Part shown: positions 40,314 through 49,630 of the stretch, in pieces
How the letters are laid out: each line of letters starts with the position of its first letter
How positions within the stretch are numbered: the first letter of the stretch is position 1
DNA from: Flavobacteriales bacterium
GTDB taxonomy: Bacteria; Bacteroidota; Bacteroidia; Flavobacteriales_F; PHOS-HE28
Assembly: GCA_039931265.1 (NCBI GenBank)
Contig: JBDTSG010000013.1
Span: 14,711 to 78,710, forward strand
Reading direction: 5' to 3'
Length of the DNA stretch: 64,000 bases
Made by a program: the position numbers and the translations under genes
The notes under the pieces: generated by a model
Told to the model about the DNA's origin: nothing
Databases searched by the model: none
Seen by the model: only the letters and a program-made list of their open reading frames with translations

Positions 40314-43300
40314 ATGGGTTACGAGCACAGGGACATAGAGCGGAAGTGGCGCGAAGAGTGGCGCAAGCGTGGCACCTACCGCGTGGCCAACGACACGAGC
40401 AAGCCCAAGTACTACGTGCTCGACATGTTCCCGTACCCAAGTGGTGCCGGTCTTCACGTAGGGCATCCACTCGGCTACATCGCCAGCGATATAGTGGCGC
40501 GGTACAAACGCAACAAGGGATTCAACGTGCTGCATCCCATGGGGTACGACAGCTTCGGGTTGCCGGCTGAACAGTATGCCATCCAAACGGGCCAGCACCC
40601 GGCGAAGACCACGGAAGTCAACATTGCGCGTTACCGCGAGCAGTTGGACAACATCGGGTTCAGTTTCGACTGGGACCGGGAGGTGCGCACCAGCAACGCC
40701 GACTTCTACAAGTGGACGCAATGGATCTTCCTCCAGCTTTTCGATAGCTGGTATGATCATGCGGAGGACAAGGCCCGGCCCATCAGCGAACTGACCGAGC
40801 GTTTCGCGAAGCATGGCTGGAGCGGCGATGATGCTTGCGCGATCACCGGTAACGAAGAGCTGGATCCGCTCGCGGAATTCAGTCATTCCGACTGGGCCAC
40901 CTTCAGCGAGAAGCACCAGCAGCAGATCCTCCTGCGCTTCCGTCTCGCGTACTTGAGCGAGGCTTGGGTGAACTGGTGCCCTGCGTTGGGCACGGTGCTC
41001 GCCAACGATGAAGTGAAGGACGGTGTGAGTGAACGTGGCGGCCATCCCGTGGAACGTAAGCGGATGCCGCAATGGAGCATGCGCATCACCGCGTATGCGC
41101 AACGGTTGTTGGACGGACTGAACGATCTTGATTGGAGCGAGAGCATCAAGGAAGCACAACGCAATTGGATCGGCAGGAGCGAGGGGGCTTTGATCAGGTT
41201 CCAGTTGAAGGATCATCAGGAGAAGATCGAAGTCTTCACCACCCGCCCCGACACCATTTTCGGTGTCAGCTTCGTGACCCTCGCACCTGAGCATGAACTG
41301 ATCGAGAGGATCACACCACCGGAGAAGTTGGAGGAAGTCAGGGCGTACGTAACGCAGGCCAAAAACCGCAGCGAGCGCGAGCGTATGACGGAGGTGAAAC
41401 GTGTGAGCGGCGTGTTCACCGGCGCGTATGTGAAGCACCCGTTCACGCACATGGACATACCTGTGTGGGTGGGCGACTACGTGCTTGGCGGCTACGGGAC
41501 CGGCGCGGTAATGGCCGTTCCCGGTGGCGATCAGCGCGACTGGAATTTCGCGACGCACTTCAACATTCCTTTCACCGCCGTTACCGAGCATTGGGACATT
41601 TCCAAGGGCGCCGATGAAAGCAAGGAAGCCACGCTGGCCAACAGTGTTTTCCTCAACGGCATGAAGGTGGCCGATGCGATCCCGCGCGCCATCGATGAAC
41701 TGGAATTGCATGGTGTTGGCGAACGCCGCATCAACTTCCGGTTGCGCGATGCCGCCTTCGGGCGCCAACGCTATTGGGGCGAACCGATCCCCATCTATTA
41801 CAAGGACGGTATCCCGTATCCGCTGCCCGAAAGCGAACTGCCGCTCGTGCTTCCGGAAGTCGACAAGTTCCTGCCGACGGAGGACGGCGAACCACCACTG
41901 GCCCGCGCCACTGATTGGACCTACTTGGGCCACCCGCTGGAAACCACCACCATGCCCGGTTGGGCCGGTAGTAGCTGGTACTTCCTGCGCTACATGGATC
42001 CGAAGAGCGACGAACGCTTCGCTACGCCGGAGGCGATCAACTACTGGCAACAAGTGGATCTGTACGTGGGCGGCAGCGAACACGCCACCGGCCACCTGCT
42101 CTATTTCCGTTTCTGGACCAAGTTCCTGCACGACCGTGGCTGGATCAACTTTGATGAGCCCGCGAAGAAGTTGGTGAACCAGGGGATGATACAGGGGCGA
42201 TCGGCCAAAGTGTTTGCTCTTTTGGTTGGGCTTGAGCAGACGTCCAGTTCACCCAGTCCACAGGCAGAAGCTGAATCGGCCCTGCTCTCTGCTCCAATTC
42301 TAGTTTCCGCCGAATTCCAAGAACTCTTGGTGAAGGGAACTGAACAAAGTGCCAAAGCGCTTAAGGGGATTGAAGAGGCCGCACAACAGCACGCAGCTCG
42401 AGTCTTTGAATCCAAAGGCATTTCCGGCTATCAACTCTACGCGTTCGATGATCCAAGAACTGTCTTGCGAAGGGTGTACATCCCGATATCAGCGATGGTC
42501 GAGGATGGTGCTGTCGTCGACCTTGAAAAGCTAAGAGGGACATCCTCGGAATTCGACAACGCCCTATTTTTTCGTGGCGGAGAGCACTTCATGGCGGAGC
42601 GTGAAGTCGACAAGATGTCGAAGCGCTGGATGAACGTCGTCAACCCCGACGACATCGTCGCGAAGTACGGCGCCGACACCTTGCGCTTGTACGAGATGTT
42701 CCTCGGCCCCCTTGAGCAGAGCAAGCCGTGGGACACGAATGGCATTGAAGGCACCAGCCGGTTCCTGAAGAAATTCTGGAACTTGTTCCATGAAGAGGGT
42801 AGAGGAGGTAGGGGAAGCGATGGAGGTGAGGGACGGTTCAGCGTTAGCGACGAAGCTCCAACGAAAGCAGAACTGAAAGTCCTGCACGCAACCCTGAAGA
42901 AGGTGGAAGAGGACATCGAGAAGATGAGCTTCAACACGAGCGTGAGCCAGTTCATGATCGCGTGCAATGCCTTGCAAGAACTGAAGTGTAACAAGCGCGC
43001 GGTGCTGGAGCCGCTGACCATCGCCCTTGCGCCATTCGCACCCCACATTGCCGAGGAGCTATGGAGCTTGCTGGGTCATGCTGAGAGTGTGACCGGGGCG
43101 AAATGGCCCCAATGGGATGCCCAATACCTGGTTGAGGACAGCTTCAGCTACCCGATCAGCTTCAATGGCAAAACCCGCCTGCAACTGGAATTCCCCATTG
43201 GTCTCAGCAAGGAGGAAGTGGAGGCACAGGTGCTTGCCAACCCTGAGGTGCAAAGCCGTTTGGAGGGCAAGCCGCCTAAGAAGGTGATCGTGGTGCCCAA

Positions 43301-43325
43301 GCGCATCGTGAACATTGTGGTCTGA
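40314..43325 (+). CDS. leuS: leucine--tRNA ligase
   Basis: ATG at 40314. YVLDMFPYPSGAGLHVGHPLGY HIGH motif and KMSKRW KMSKS motif. 1003 aa, with low-complexity insertions (~42170-42600 and GRGGRGSDGGEGR). The track start at 40206 is an upstream extension. Confidence 0.95.
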   Translation: MGYEHRDIERKWREEWRKRGTYRVANDTSKPKYYVLDMFPYPSGAGLHVGHPLGYIASDIVARYKRNKGFNVLHPMGYDSFGLPAEQYAIQTGQHPAKTTEVNIARYREQLDNIGFSFDWDREVRTSNADFYKWTQWIFLQLFDSWYDHAEDKARPISELTERFAKHGWSGDDACAITGNEELDPLAEFSHSDWATFSEKHQQQILLRFRLAYLSEAWVNWCPALGTVLANDEVKDGVSERGGHPVERKRMPQWSMRITAYAQRLLDGLNDLDWSESIKEAQRNWIGRSEGALIRFQLKDHQEKIEVFTTRPDTIFGVSFVTLAPEHELIERITPPEKLEEVRAYVTQAKNRSERERMTEVKRVSGVFTGAYVKHPFTHMDIPVWVGDYVLGGYGTGAVMAVPGGDQRDWNFATHFNIPFTAVTEHWDISKGADESKEATLANSVFLNGMKVADAIPRAIDELELHGVGERRINFRLRDAAFGRQRYWGEPIPIYYKDGIPYPLPESELPLVLPEVDKFLPTEDGEPPLARATDWTYLGHPLETTTMPGWAGSSWYFLRYMDPKSDERFATPEAINYWQQVDLYVGGSEHATGHLLYFRFWTKFLHDRGWINFDEPAKKLVNQGMIQGRSAKVFALLVGLEQTSSSPSPQAEAESALLSAPILVSAEFQELLVKGTEQSAKALKGIEEAAQQHAARVFESKGISGYQLYAFDDPRTVLRRVYIPISAMVEDGAVVDLEKLRGTSSEFDNALFFRGGEHFMAEREVDKMSKRWMNVVNPDDIVAKYGADTLRLYEMFLGPLEQSKPWDTNGIEGTSRFLKKFWNLFHEEGRGGRGSDGGEGRFSVSDEAPTKAELKVLHATLKKVEEDIEKMSFNTSVSQFMIACNALQELKCNKRAVLEPLTIALAPFAPHIAEELWSLLGHAESVTGAKWPQWDAQYLVEDSFSYPISFNGKTRLQLEFPIGLSKEEVEAQVLANPEVQSRLEGKPPKKVIVVPKRIVNIVV

Positions 43326-43335
43326 TGGAACCCAG

Positions 43336-43400
43336 GCCACTGGCTGCGGGCCACGAGCCACGAGCCGACGAACGCACTGAGTGCGCCCGCAGCCAGTGGC
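43336..43400 (+). other. perfect 16-bp inverted repeat (GCCACTGGCTGCGGGC...GCCCGCAGCCAGTGGC) with a 33-nt loop, 10 nt after the leuS stop
   Basis: The arms are at 43336..43351 and 43385..43400. The loop contains the direct repeat CACGAGCCACGAGCC. No U-tract follows. Confidence 0.5.
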
Positions 43401-43450
43401 TCGCTGCCCGAGGCCGTATTGATCGGCACCCGCTTTGCGTTTCAAGGGAC

Positions 43451-44272
43451 ATGACCCGTAAGAGCCTGATCCTTTTCGCAGCCCTTTCTTTCCTGACCCT
43501 CGGCTTCGGACAAGCGAACGTTGGCCCAGCCGATCCCGCCAAGGGGAAGATAGTTGAACTGCGCAGGCTGCCGCATTCCGCCTTCAAACCGGGCGAGCGG
43601 TTGGAGTATGTGGTGCACTACGGTTTCTTGAACGCGGGTGTTGCCGTACTGGAATTGAAGCAGACCGATGTCGAGTTCCAAGGCCGACGGATGCTGCATG
43701 CCGTTGGCACGGGCAAGAGCATGGGTGCCTTCAACACCTTCTACAACGTCAACGACCTGTACGAGTCGTACTTCGATAGTGTGGGGGTGTTCCCTTGGGC
43801 CTTCAAGCGCCATGTGGATGAGGGTGGCTACACCTTCAGCCAGGACTACGTGTTCCTGCAGCACCGCGCAGAGGTTACCACGCAGGAGAAGAAGACCTTC
43901 AAGATCCCCGCACACACGCAGGACATGATCAGCGCTTTCTACTTCGCCCGCACTCTCGACTTCGGTAGCGCGGCCAAGGGCGATGTGTTCACCATTGATT
44001 GCTTCGTCGACAACGAAGAGTGGCCATTGCAGATGAAGGTGATGGGCCGGGAGACGATCAAACTGCGCAACGGGAAATACCGCTGCATCAAGTTCCAACC
44101 CATCGTGCAAGAGGGCCGGGTGTTCGAAACCAACGACGACCTGAACGTGTGGGTGACGGATGATGCCAACCACATTCCGGTGCTTGCCCAGGCCAAGGTG
44201 CTGGTGGGTTCCATCAAAATGGAGTTGAGCGGCTACAGTGGCCTCGCCAACCCGATCTCCAAAGTCGAGTAG
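43451..44272 (+). CDS. secreted DUF3108-like protein
   Basis: ATG at 43451 (MTRKSLILFAALSFLTLGFGQA signal). The C-terminal half KLRNGKYRCIKFQPIVQEGRVFETNDDLNVWVTDDANHIPVLAQAKVLVGSIKMEL resembles the DUF3108 family. That call is from memory, not searched. Confidence 0.45.
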   Translation: MTRKSLILFAALSFLTLGFGQANVGPADPAKGKIVELRRLPHSAFKPGERLEYVVHYGFLNAGVAVLELKQTDVEFQGRRMLHAVGTGKSMGAFNTFYNVNDLYESYFDSVGVFPWAFKRHVDEGGYTFSQDYVFLQHRAEVTTQEKKTFKIPAHTQDMISAFYFARTLDFGSAAKGDVFTIDCFVDNEEWPLQMKVMGRETIKLRNGKYRCIKFQPIVQEGRVFETNDDLNVWVTDDANHIPVLAQAKVLVGSIKMELSGYSGLANPISKVE

Positions 44273-44337
44273 CGTGCGATCGTGTTCACCACGGATGAAC
44301 GCGGATGGAATAAGAATGCCGTGGACAGCACCTCAGA

Positions 44338-44376
44338 CCATCTCCGCTGGAGAGGCAGTGTGAGGTGGGTGAGGTC
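44338..44376. repeat. degenerate copy C of the REP-like element (TCTCCGCTGGAGAGG...GTGAGGTGGGTGAGG)
   Basis: Intergenic between 44272 and 44456. It shares the CTGGAGAGG core and GTGAGG tails with copies A and B. Confidence 0.4.
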
Positions 44377-44455
44377 GCAATGAACACCCGACCCGGTAAA
44401 ATCACCGGGGTGGTAGCTGCGTTACACAGCAGGCTTGTCGCATTCTTGCGGTACC

Positions 44456-45724
44456 ATGAAGACCTGGCAGTGGTGGGTGATCGGGGTTGGCAGTGCCTCG
44501 GCGGTTTCGACGGTGGTGCTCACCACCGACTTGGCACCGCATGTAGAGTATGTTCCTGAGAAAGTCGTGGTGGTGGAAGACACCATGCCGGCAGCACCCA
44601 GTGCGTACGGTATTCCGCTGAGCGGTTTCGTTTTGGAACGCGGCACCGTGAAAAGCGGCAGCACCTTCGGCGACATGTTGGCGGTGCACGGGATCGGCCC
44701 CGGCAAGGTGGATAGTTTGGTGAAGCTGGCCGATCCCGTGTTCGACATCCATAAGATGCGCGCTGGCCATCCCTTCGCTTTCATCTTCACCGACGACGGC
44801 ACGCACACGCCGCAGTGGTTCGTATACGAGGCCGACCCGATCGAGCACATCGTTTTCAAATTGTCTCCGCTCAGCGTCGATGTGCACCATCGCCCGGTGA
44901 AGGTGGAGGAGCGGGCGGTGGCATGCACGGTGACCGGAGCGCTTTGGAACGACCTCGGATCGTGCGGGGCGGATCCGGCCCTTGCCATGAAGTTGGCGGA
45001 AGTGTTCGCATGGACCGTGGACTTCTACCGTATCCAGAAGGGTGAGCAGTTCACCATCGTGTACAACGAAACCACCGTGGACGATGAGCGGTATGGTGAT
45101 CCGGAAGTGCTGGGTGTACGCTATACCAGCGCCGATGGAGCAACAGAAGCGATCCTGTTCGGCAAGGATTCAACGGAGGCTTTCTTCGACCGCGAGGGCA
45201 ACAGCCTGCGCAAGGCCTTCCTGAAAGCGCCGTTGAAGTACAGCCGCATGAGCAGCGGATTCTCACAGCGTCGGTTCCATCCGGTGCAAAAGCGTTTCAA
45301 ACCGCACTTGGGCACCGACTATGCGGCGCCGTATGGAACACCGATCCTTACTGTGGGTGACGGTACTGTTGAGAAGACCGGCTACACAGCCGGTAACGGC
45401 AACTATGTGAAGGTGCGCCACAACGGAACGTATACCACCCAGTACCTGCACATGCGCAAGATCCTTGTGCGCCAAGGCCAGCATTTGCAACAAGGTGATG
45501 TTATCGGTGAGGTGGGGAGCACCGGTCTTGCGAACGGCCCCCACGTCTGCTTCCGCTTTTGGAAAAACGGCGAACAAGTGGATCATCGCAAGGAAGAACT
45601 ACCGAAGGCTGAACCGGTCGCGGAGGAAGACCGCGTCGCCTTCAACCAGCAACGGGACCTGCTGCTGGCCAAGCTCGATGCGGCTGAGCGTAAGCCCGAG
45701 CGTCGCACGCCCGTGCAGTTCTGA
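44456..45724 (+). CDS. M23 family metallopeptidase (LytM/lysostaphin-like)
   Basis: ATG at 44456 with N-terminal TM/signal (MKTWQWWVIGVGSASAVSTVVL). M23 catalytic region HLGTDYAAPYGTPILTVGDGTVEK...GNYVKVRHNGTYTTQYLHM...GEVGSTGLANGPHVCFRFW. Confidence 0.8.
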   Translation: MKTWQWWVIGVGSASAVSTVVLTTDLAPHVEYVPEKVVVVEDTMPAAPSAYGIPLSGFVLERGTVKSGSTFGDMLAVHGIGPGKVDSLVKLADPVFDIHKMRAGHPFAFIFTDDGTHTPQWFVYEADPIEHIVFKLSPLSVDVHHRPVKVEERAVACTVTGALWNDLGSCGADPALAMKLAEVFAWTVDFYRIQKGEQFTIVYNETTVDDERYGDPEVLGVRYTSADGATEAILFGKDSTEAFFDREGNSLRKAFLKAPLKYSRMSSGFSQRRFHPVQKRFKPHLGTDYAAPYGTPILTVGDGTVEKTGYTAGNGNYVKVRHNGTYTTQYLHMRKILVRQGQHLQQGDVIGEVGSTGLANGPHVCFRFWKNGEQVDHRKEELPKAEPVAEEDRVAFNQQRDLLLAKLDAAERKPERRTPVQF

Positions 45725-45784
45725 TCGGCGCAGCAATTCGTTCGATATGGAGGAGATGCCGAGAAAGTTCCGGCTGCATATGGT

Positions 45785-45810
45785 TTACAATATAAACATG
45801 TCTATGTTTG
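45785..45810 (+). promoter_or_regulatory. putative Bacteroidota sigma-A-type promoter (-7 box TATGTTTG at 45803..45810, AT-rich -33 region TTACAATATAAA)
   Basis: An AT-rich island in an otherwise GC-rich intergenic region. TAnnTTTG is the Bacteroidetes -7 consensus. It lies ~22 nt upstream of the ATG at 45832. Confidence 0.4.
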
Positions 45811-45831
45811 CGCCATCAAACCACTGAACAC

Positions 45832-46419
45832 ATGGAACGCGACATGACCCCTGACGAAAGTCTTCGCCTCATCGAAAGCATGATCGGCCAAGCCAAGAAG
45901 AGCTTCAGCCGCATGAGTTACTACTTCTTGTTGTGGGGAGCGCTGCTCATCGGCGCCATGATCGCCACGTACGTCTTCCGCAATGCACCGGCAGGGCCCG
46001 TCCATGGCGCGGCGTGGGGTGTTGCCGGGCTGATCGGCGGTATCCTGAGCTCGATCCATGGCGCCCAACAGGGCAAACGCGAACGGGTGAGCAACCCTAT
46101 GGACCGCGTGATCGGTTGGCTATGGGGCGCGTTCGTGATCACGTTGCTCGTAACGATCGCGTGCGCGGTTCCCAACCACGGCGATCCCGGCCCCATGATC
46201 ACTGTGCTAACGGGCTTGCCCACTTTCATGACCGGACAGATCCTTCGCTTCCGGCCGCTGCTTCTTGGAGGCATCCTGTTCTGGGTCGCCGGTGTGGTCA
46301 TGCACTTCACCGACGACGCATTGCTGCTGACCGTGCTCTACTGCAGCGCGATGTTCTTCGGGTACATCGTTCCCGGTCTCATGCTCAAGCGCCAAGAGAA
46401 TGTCCTTCGCGCCGCTTGA
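45832..46419 (+). CDS. hypothetical membrane protein (4-5 TM)
   Basis: ATG at 45832 (MERDMTPDE...); the track start at 45808 is a TTG inside the promoter box. It overlaps the downstream wHTH gene by 20 bp. Confidence 0.5.
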   Translation: MERDMTPDESLRLIESMIGQAKKSFSRMSYYFLLWGALLIGAMIATYVFRNAPAGPVHGAAWGVAGLIGGILSSIHGAQQGKRERVSNPMDRVIGWLWGAFVITLLVTIACAVPNHGDPGPMITVLTGLPTFMTGQILRFRPLLLGGILFWVAGVVMHFTDDALLLTVLYCSAMFFGYIVPGLMLKRQENVLRAA

Positions 46420-46687
46420 TCCGCTGTTGCACAACCAACTCCGGTTGGCGGTCGTGAGCCTGTTGGTGGGAGTGGAAAGCGCGGAGTTCACCTTCATCGT
46501 GGAGAAGACCGGCGCTACGCGCGGCAACCTCAGTGTGCAGATCACCAAGTTGAAGGAGGCGGGCTACATCAGCGTTACCAAGACTTTCCGCGACAACTAT
46601 CCGCTGACCACCTGCAAGCTTTCAGCGAAGGGCTTGAAAGCGTTCGAGAAGTACGTGGAAGCGATCAAGGACTACTTGGGCACGTGA
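46400..46687 (+). CDS. winged-helix (HTH_34-like) transcriptional regulator
   Basis: 95 aa. LDPLLHNQLRLAVVSLL...FTFIVEKTGATRGNLSVQITKLKEAGYI matches the small wHTH family pattern. Confidence 0.6.
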   Translation: MSFAPLDPLLHNQLRLAVVSLLVGVESAEFTFIVEKTGATRGNLSVQITKLKEAGYISVTKTFRDNYPLTTCKLSAKGLKAFEKYVEAIKDYLGT

Positions 46688-46785
46688 TTCCGTTCGTCGA
46701 AGCAATGCTCGGGCCTGTGCAACCCGTGGTATAGCGCCGTCGAGTTTCCGGATACCCTTTCCGACCTGCTCTCGTACACCGCCCC

Positions 46786-47733
46786 ATGCTACGCGGTAGG
46801 GGTCTCTTTTGCGGGGTACGGCCAGCGGTGGAAGTCTGCCTTTTGGCCGCTGCCGTTCTTACAGCAACGGCGTGTAAGAAGGAGTCCGAGCTGATCCCGA
46901 ACAACCAGGCTCCGGACTATTCCGGAGTGCCTACGGTGATCACCCGCAATTATGTGAATCGCTTGTTCATCGACCTGCTGGGCCGGGAACCGCTGGATGT
47001 GGAAATGAACGCGGAGGTGGCCGCATTGGAAGCCGCGACACTTTCGTCAGGTGCGCGTGAGGCACTGGTGAACAAGTTGATGACCAGCACGGCTTACGTG
47101 GAGGGCGACAGCAGCTACAAGCATGCCTACTACCAGCGTCAGTACGAACTGTACAAGAGCCGTTGCCTGGAAGGAGCGAGCGATGACATCATCGACGAGG
47201 CCATCCATGTGGCGGAGCAGGACGCGCTGGACGATTCGCTGTCCGGCGATACCCAAGGGCTGGGCGAAGCGAACAGCGTGCTGCAACGGTTGCGCAACCT
47301 GAAGAACAGCCGTGTGAACTACATGAACGGGTTGGTCGGCATCGATGATGTAATGGGCTACATGGTGTTCAACAGCATCTACGACCAGATCAACATGAAC
47401 ACCTTCAACTTCATCAACGCCACGTTCGACAACCTGCTGCTGCGCTTCCCGACGGATGCGGAATTCAACTCCGGCTTCGACATGGTGGAGAACGGCGCAC
47501 CGGGGATCCTCTTCGCGCGAAGCGGCCAGAACAAGGGCGACTACGTGGGCATCCTGACCGGTACCAACGAGTTCCAGGAGGGTATGGTGCGTTGGAGCTA
47601 CAACACGTTCCTGGGACGCGAGGCGAGCACCTACGAAGTGTACACGGCCATGGGGGCCTTCCACATGGATGGCGACCTGCAACGCGTGCAGCGCAACATC
47701 CTCATCAGCGACGAATACGCCAACATCAACTGA
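46786..47733 (+). CDS. hypothetical lipoprotein
   Basis: Lipobox LTATAC. It contains an RNYVNRLFIDLLGREPL motif. 3-bp gap to the next lipoprotein gene. The start is uncertain. Confidence 0.4.
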   Translation: MLRGRGLFCGVRPAVEVCLLAAAVLTATACKKESELIPNNQAPDYSGVPTVITRNYVNRLFIDLLGREPLDVEMNAEVAALEAATLSSGAREALVNKLMTSTAYVEGDSSYKHAYYQRQYELYKSRCLEGASDDIIDEAIHVAEQDALDDSLSGDTQGLGEANSVLQRLRNLKNSRVNYMNGLVGIDDVMGYMVFNSIYDQINMNTFNFINATFDNLLLRFPTDAEFNSGFDMVENGAPGILFARSGQNKGDYVGILTGTNEFQEGMVRWSYNTFLGREASTYEVYTAMGAFHMDGDLQRVQRNILISDEYANIN

Positions 47734-47735
47734 AC

Positions 47736-48269
47736 ATGGAGCGCCAGACGTTGTGGAAAGCACTGATGCACCCCTTCCTCCTTGGGAGGAAGGCCGGGAT
47801 GGAGGTCTTGCTCCTGTTCCTGCCCCTGCTCCTGTGTTCCTGCACCAAGGAGCTCAGCTACGAGTTGAACCCGGTGGAACTGCAACCGCCCGGCACCATC
47901 AAGGACCAGGAGAAGACCAACCAGCAGTACGCCGCCATCCTGTACGCCAACCTGTTCCAGGATGCGATGAGCGCGAACGAGCTGTATGAACTGGATCAGT
48001 GCATCCAGAGCATCGGCGATAAGGAGTTGGCGCGCGAAGTGATCATCAGCAACTTCATGAACAAGCCCGGCGTGATCATCCCTGACGAGGCTGCCATGCG
48101 GGCCGACATCGATGCCTTCGTCATCGAGACCTACAACCGGTTCCTCGTGCGCCAGCCAACGGAAGCCGAAAAAACCTGGTTCCGCAATTACATCGAAGCC
48201 GACCCGAACGTGACACCGGAGATCATCTACTTCTCCTTCGCCATGAGCGACGAGTATCTCTTCTACTGA
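47736..48269 (+). CDS. hypothetical lipoprotein
   Basis: ATG at 47736. Lipobox LLLCSC. It contains the related motif ETYNRFLVRQPTEAE. The track start at 47592 is an extension into the upstream gene. Confidence 0.4.
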   Translation: MERQTLWKALMHPFLLGRKAGMEVLLLFLPLLLCSCTKELSYELNPVELQPPGTIKDQEKTNQQYAAILYANLFQDAMSANELYELDQCIQSIGDKELAREVIISNFMNKPGVIIPDEAAMRADIDAFVIETYNRFLVRQPTEAEKTWFRNYIEADPNVTPEIIYFSFAMSDEYLFY

Positions 48270-48294
48270 ACCATCGTACAACGCCCCCTTTTCC

Positions 48295-49629
48295 ATGGAC
48301 CGCAGGAAATTCATCAAGCGCGCAGGGGCCGCAGCAGCGGGCGCCTTCGTCATGCCGTACATCCTGCCGAGCGGCCGCCTTTTCGCGGCCAGCGGCGGGG
48401 GTGGACTTTCACAGCATGTGGTGCTCGTGATGTTCGCCGGTGGTGTGCGCCAGCAAGAGAGCGTGGGCCTGCGGTACTTGGCCGATGCGCAGAGCGAAGT
48501 ACACGAGGGCAACATCCTCTACAACATGTTGAACGGTGGCGCCCCGACACAGAAGATCGTGTACGGAACCGGCCTTGGCGGCATCAACCCGATACCCGGG
48601 ATCCTGGGCCAGTCGCTTGAGTCGCAAGGCACCCTCTTCGCGGAGATGCGCGCGGTGAACGCCGGGCACTACGGTGGTTTGAATTCGCTGCTGCAAGGGA
48701 ACCAGGCCATGACACAAGGCCTCACCTCGAAGCCTTTGCACCCTACCATTTTCGAATACCTCCGCCGCCATGCGGGTGTACAGGCCAGCAAAACGTGGTT
48801 CGTGGGTAACACCATCGGCAACAGTGTGCCACTGCTCAACTACAGCGTGCACCCTGAATACGGTGCTCCGTACGGGGCCAACTTCTTCGCGCCGAACATC
48901 ACGTTCGGCCCGCTCGGTGATCAATACCTGAGCGATGCGAAGGTGTACCACCCGCAGGACCAACTGGCTCCGATGTACGAGATGAAGGCGTTCCTGGACA
49001 ACAGTTTCGACAACGTGGGCAATGTGGCCACGGGCATCGGTAACACGGCCGAGGAGAAGCAGGACATCAAGGCTTTCATGGTGGAGATGTTCAGCAAGAC
49101 GCAGAACGGTACGATCGCGCACCCACCAGTGCATGACAACGGGGATGCGCAGACGATCGGTTACGCCTGCGAGGTGATGAGGTGGTTCAAGCCCACACTC
49201 ACCGTGGTGAACATGAGCTCGGTTGACGGATGCCACGGCAATTTCACCGGTTACCTCGCGAGCATGCACCGCGCCGATCACAGCGTGGGGCACCTCTGGA
49301 ACTACATACAGACGCAGATCCCGGAGATGTTCGGCAACACCACCATCATCGTGGCCCCCGAGTGTGGCCGCAACGATGCGCCCAATGCGATCCGCGACGA
49401 GAACGATTGGTACGGTTACGACCACAGCGATGCGAACGCGTTGCGCGTGTTCGGCATGATGGCCGGTGCGGGTGTGCCGGCCAACCTCCGGATCGGTAGC
49501 GAGGGCAACCCTGTCGGCATCGCCACTGACGTGGTGCCCACCATCGCCGAACTGCTCGGGATCAAGAGCGAGGTGATGAACGCGGGCTACCTCAACCCCG
49601 GGACCTTATCGCTCTTCGATCGCATCTAG
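48295..49629 (+). CDS. DUF1501-family protein (sulfatase/alkaline-phosphatase-like) with Tat signal
   Basis: Twin-arginine signal MDRRKFIKRAGAAAAGAFVMPYI. C-terminal region ECGRND...GYDHSD...MMAGAGVPANLRIG...GIATDVVPTIAELLGI parallels the DUF1501 EFGRTP/GRDHHP/MAGGGIKGG layout. Confidence 0.55.
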   Translation: MDRRKFIKRAGAAAAGAFVMPYILPSGRLFAASGGGGLSQHVVLVMFAGGVRQQESVGLRYLADAQSEVHEGNILYNMLNGGAPTQKIVYGTGLGGINPIPGILGQSLESQGTLFAEMRAVNAGHYGGLNSLLQGNQAMTQGLTSKPLHPTIFEYLRRHAGVQASKTWFVGNTIGNSVPLLNYSVHPEYGAPYGANFFAPNITFGPLGDQYLSDAKVYHPQDQLAPMYEMKAFLDNSFDNVGNVATGIGNTAEEKQDIKAFMVEMFSKTQNGTIAHPPVHDNGDAQTIGYACEVMRWFKPTLTVVNMSSVDGCHGNFTGYLASMHRADHSVGHLWNYIQTQIPEMFGNTTIIVAPECGRNDAPNAIRDENDWYGYDHSDANALRVFGMMAGAGVPANLRIGSEGNPVGIATDVVPTIAELLGIKSEVMNAGYLNPGTLSLFDRI

Positions 49630-49630
49630 T

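Noticed and set aside
40302-42131. 609-aa minus-strand ORF
   Set aside because: Antisense to leuS, with low-complexity translation. The same reasoning rejects 50984..53725(-) opposite the adhesin, 6458..7264(-), 8982..9545(-) and 1160..1921(-).
42170-42600. Long low-complexity insertion in LeuS (…LVGLEQTSSSPSPQAEAES… and GRGGRGSDGGEGR)
   Set aside because: Bacteroidota LeuS commonly carries lineage-specific insertions near the KMSKS region. The frame is intact, so I treat it as a normal lineage feature rather than a fusion or an intein.
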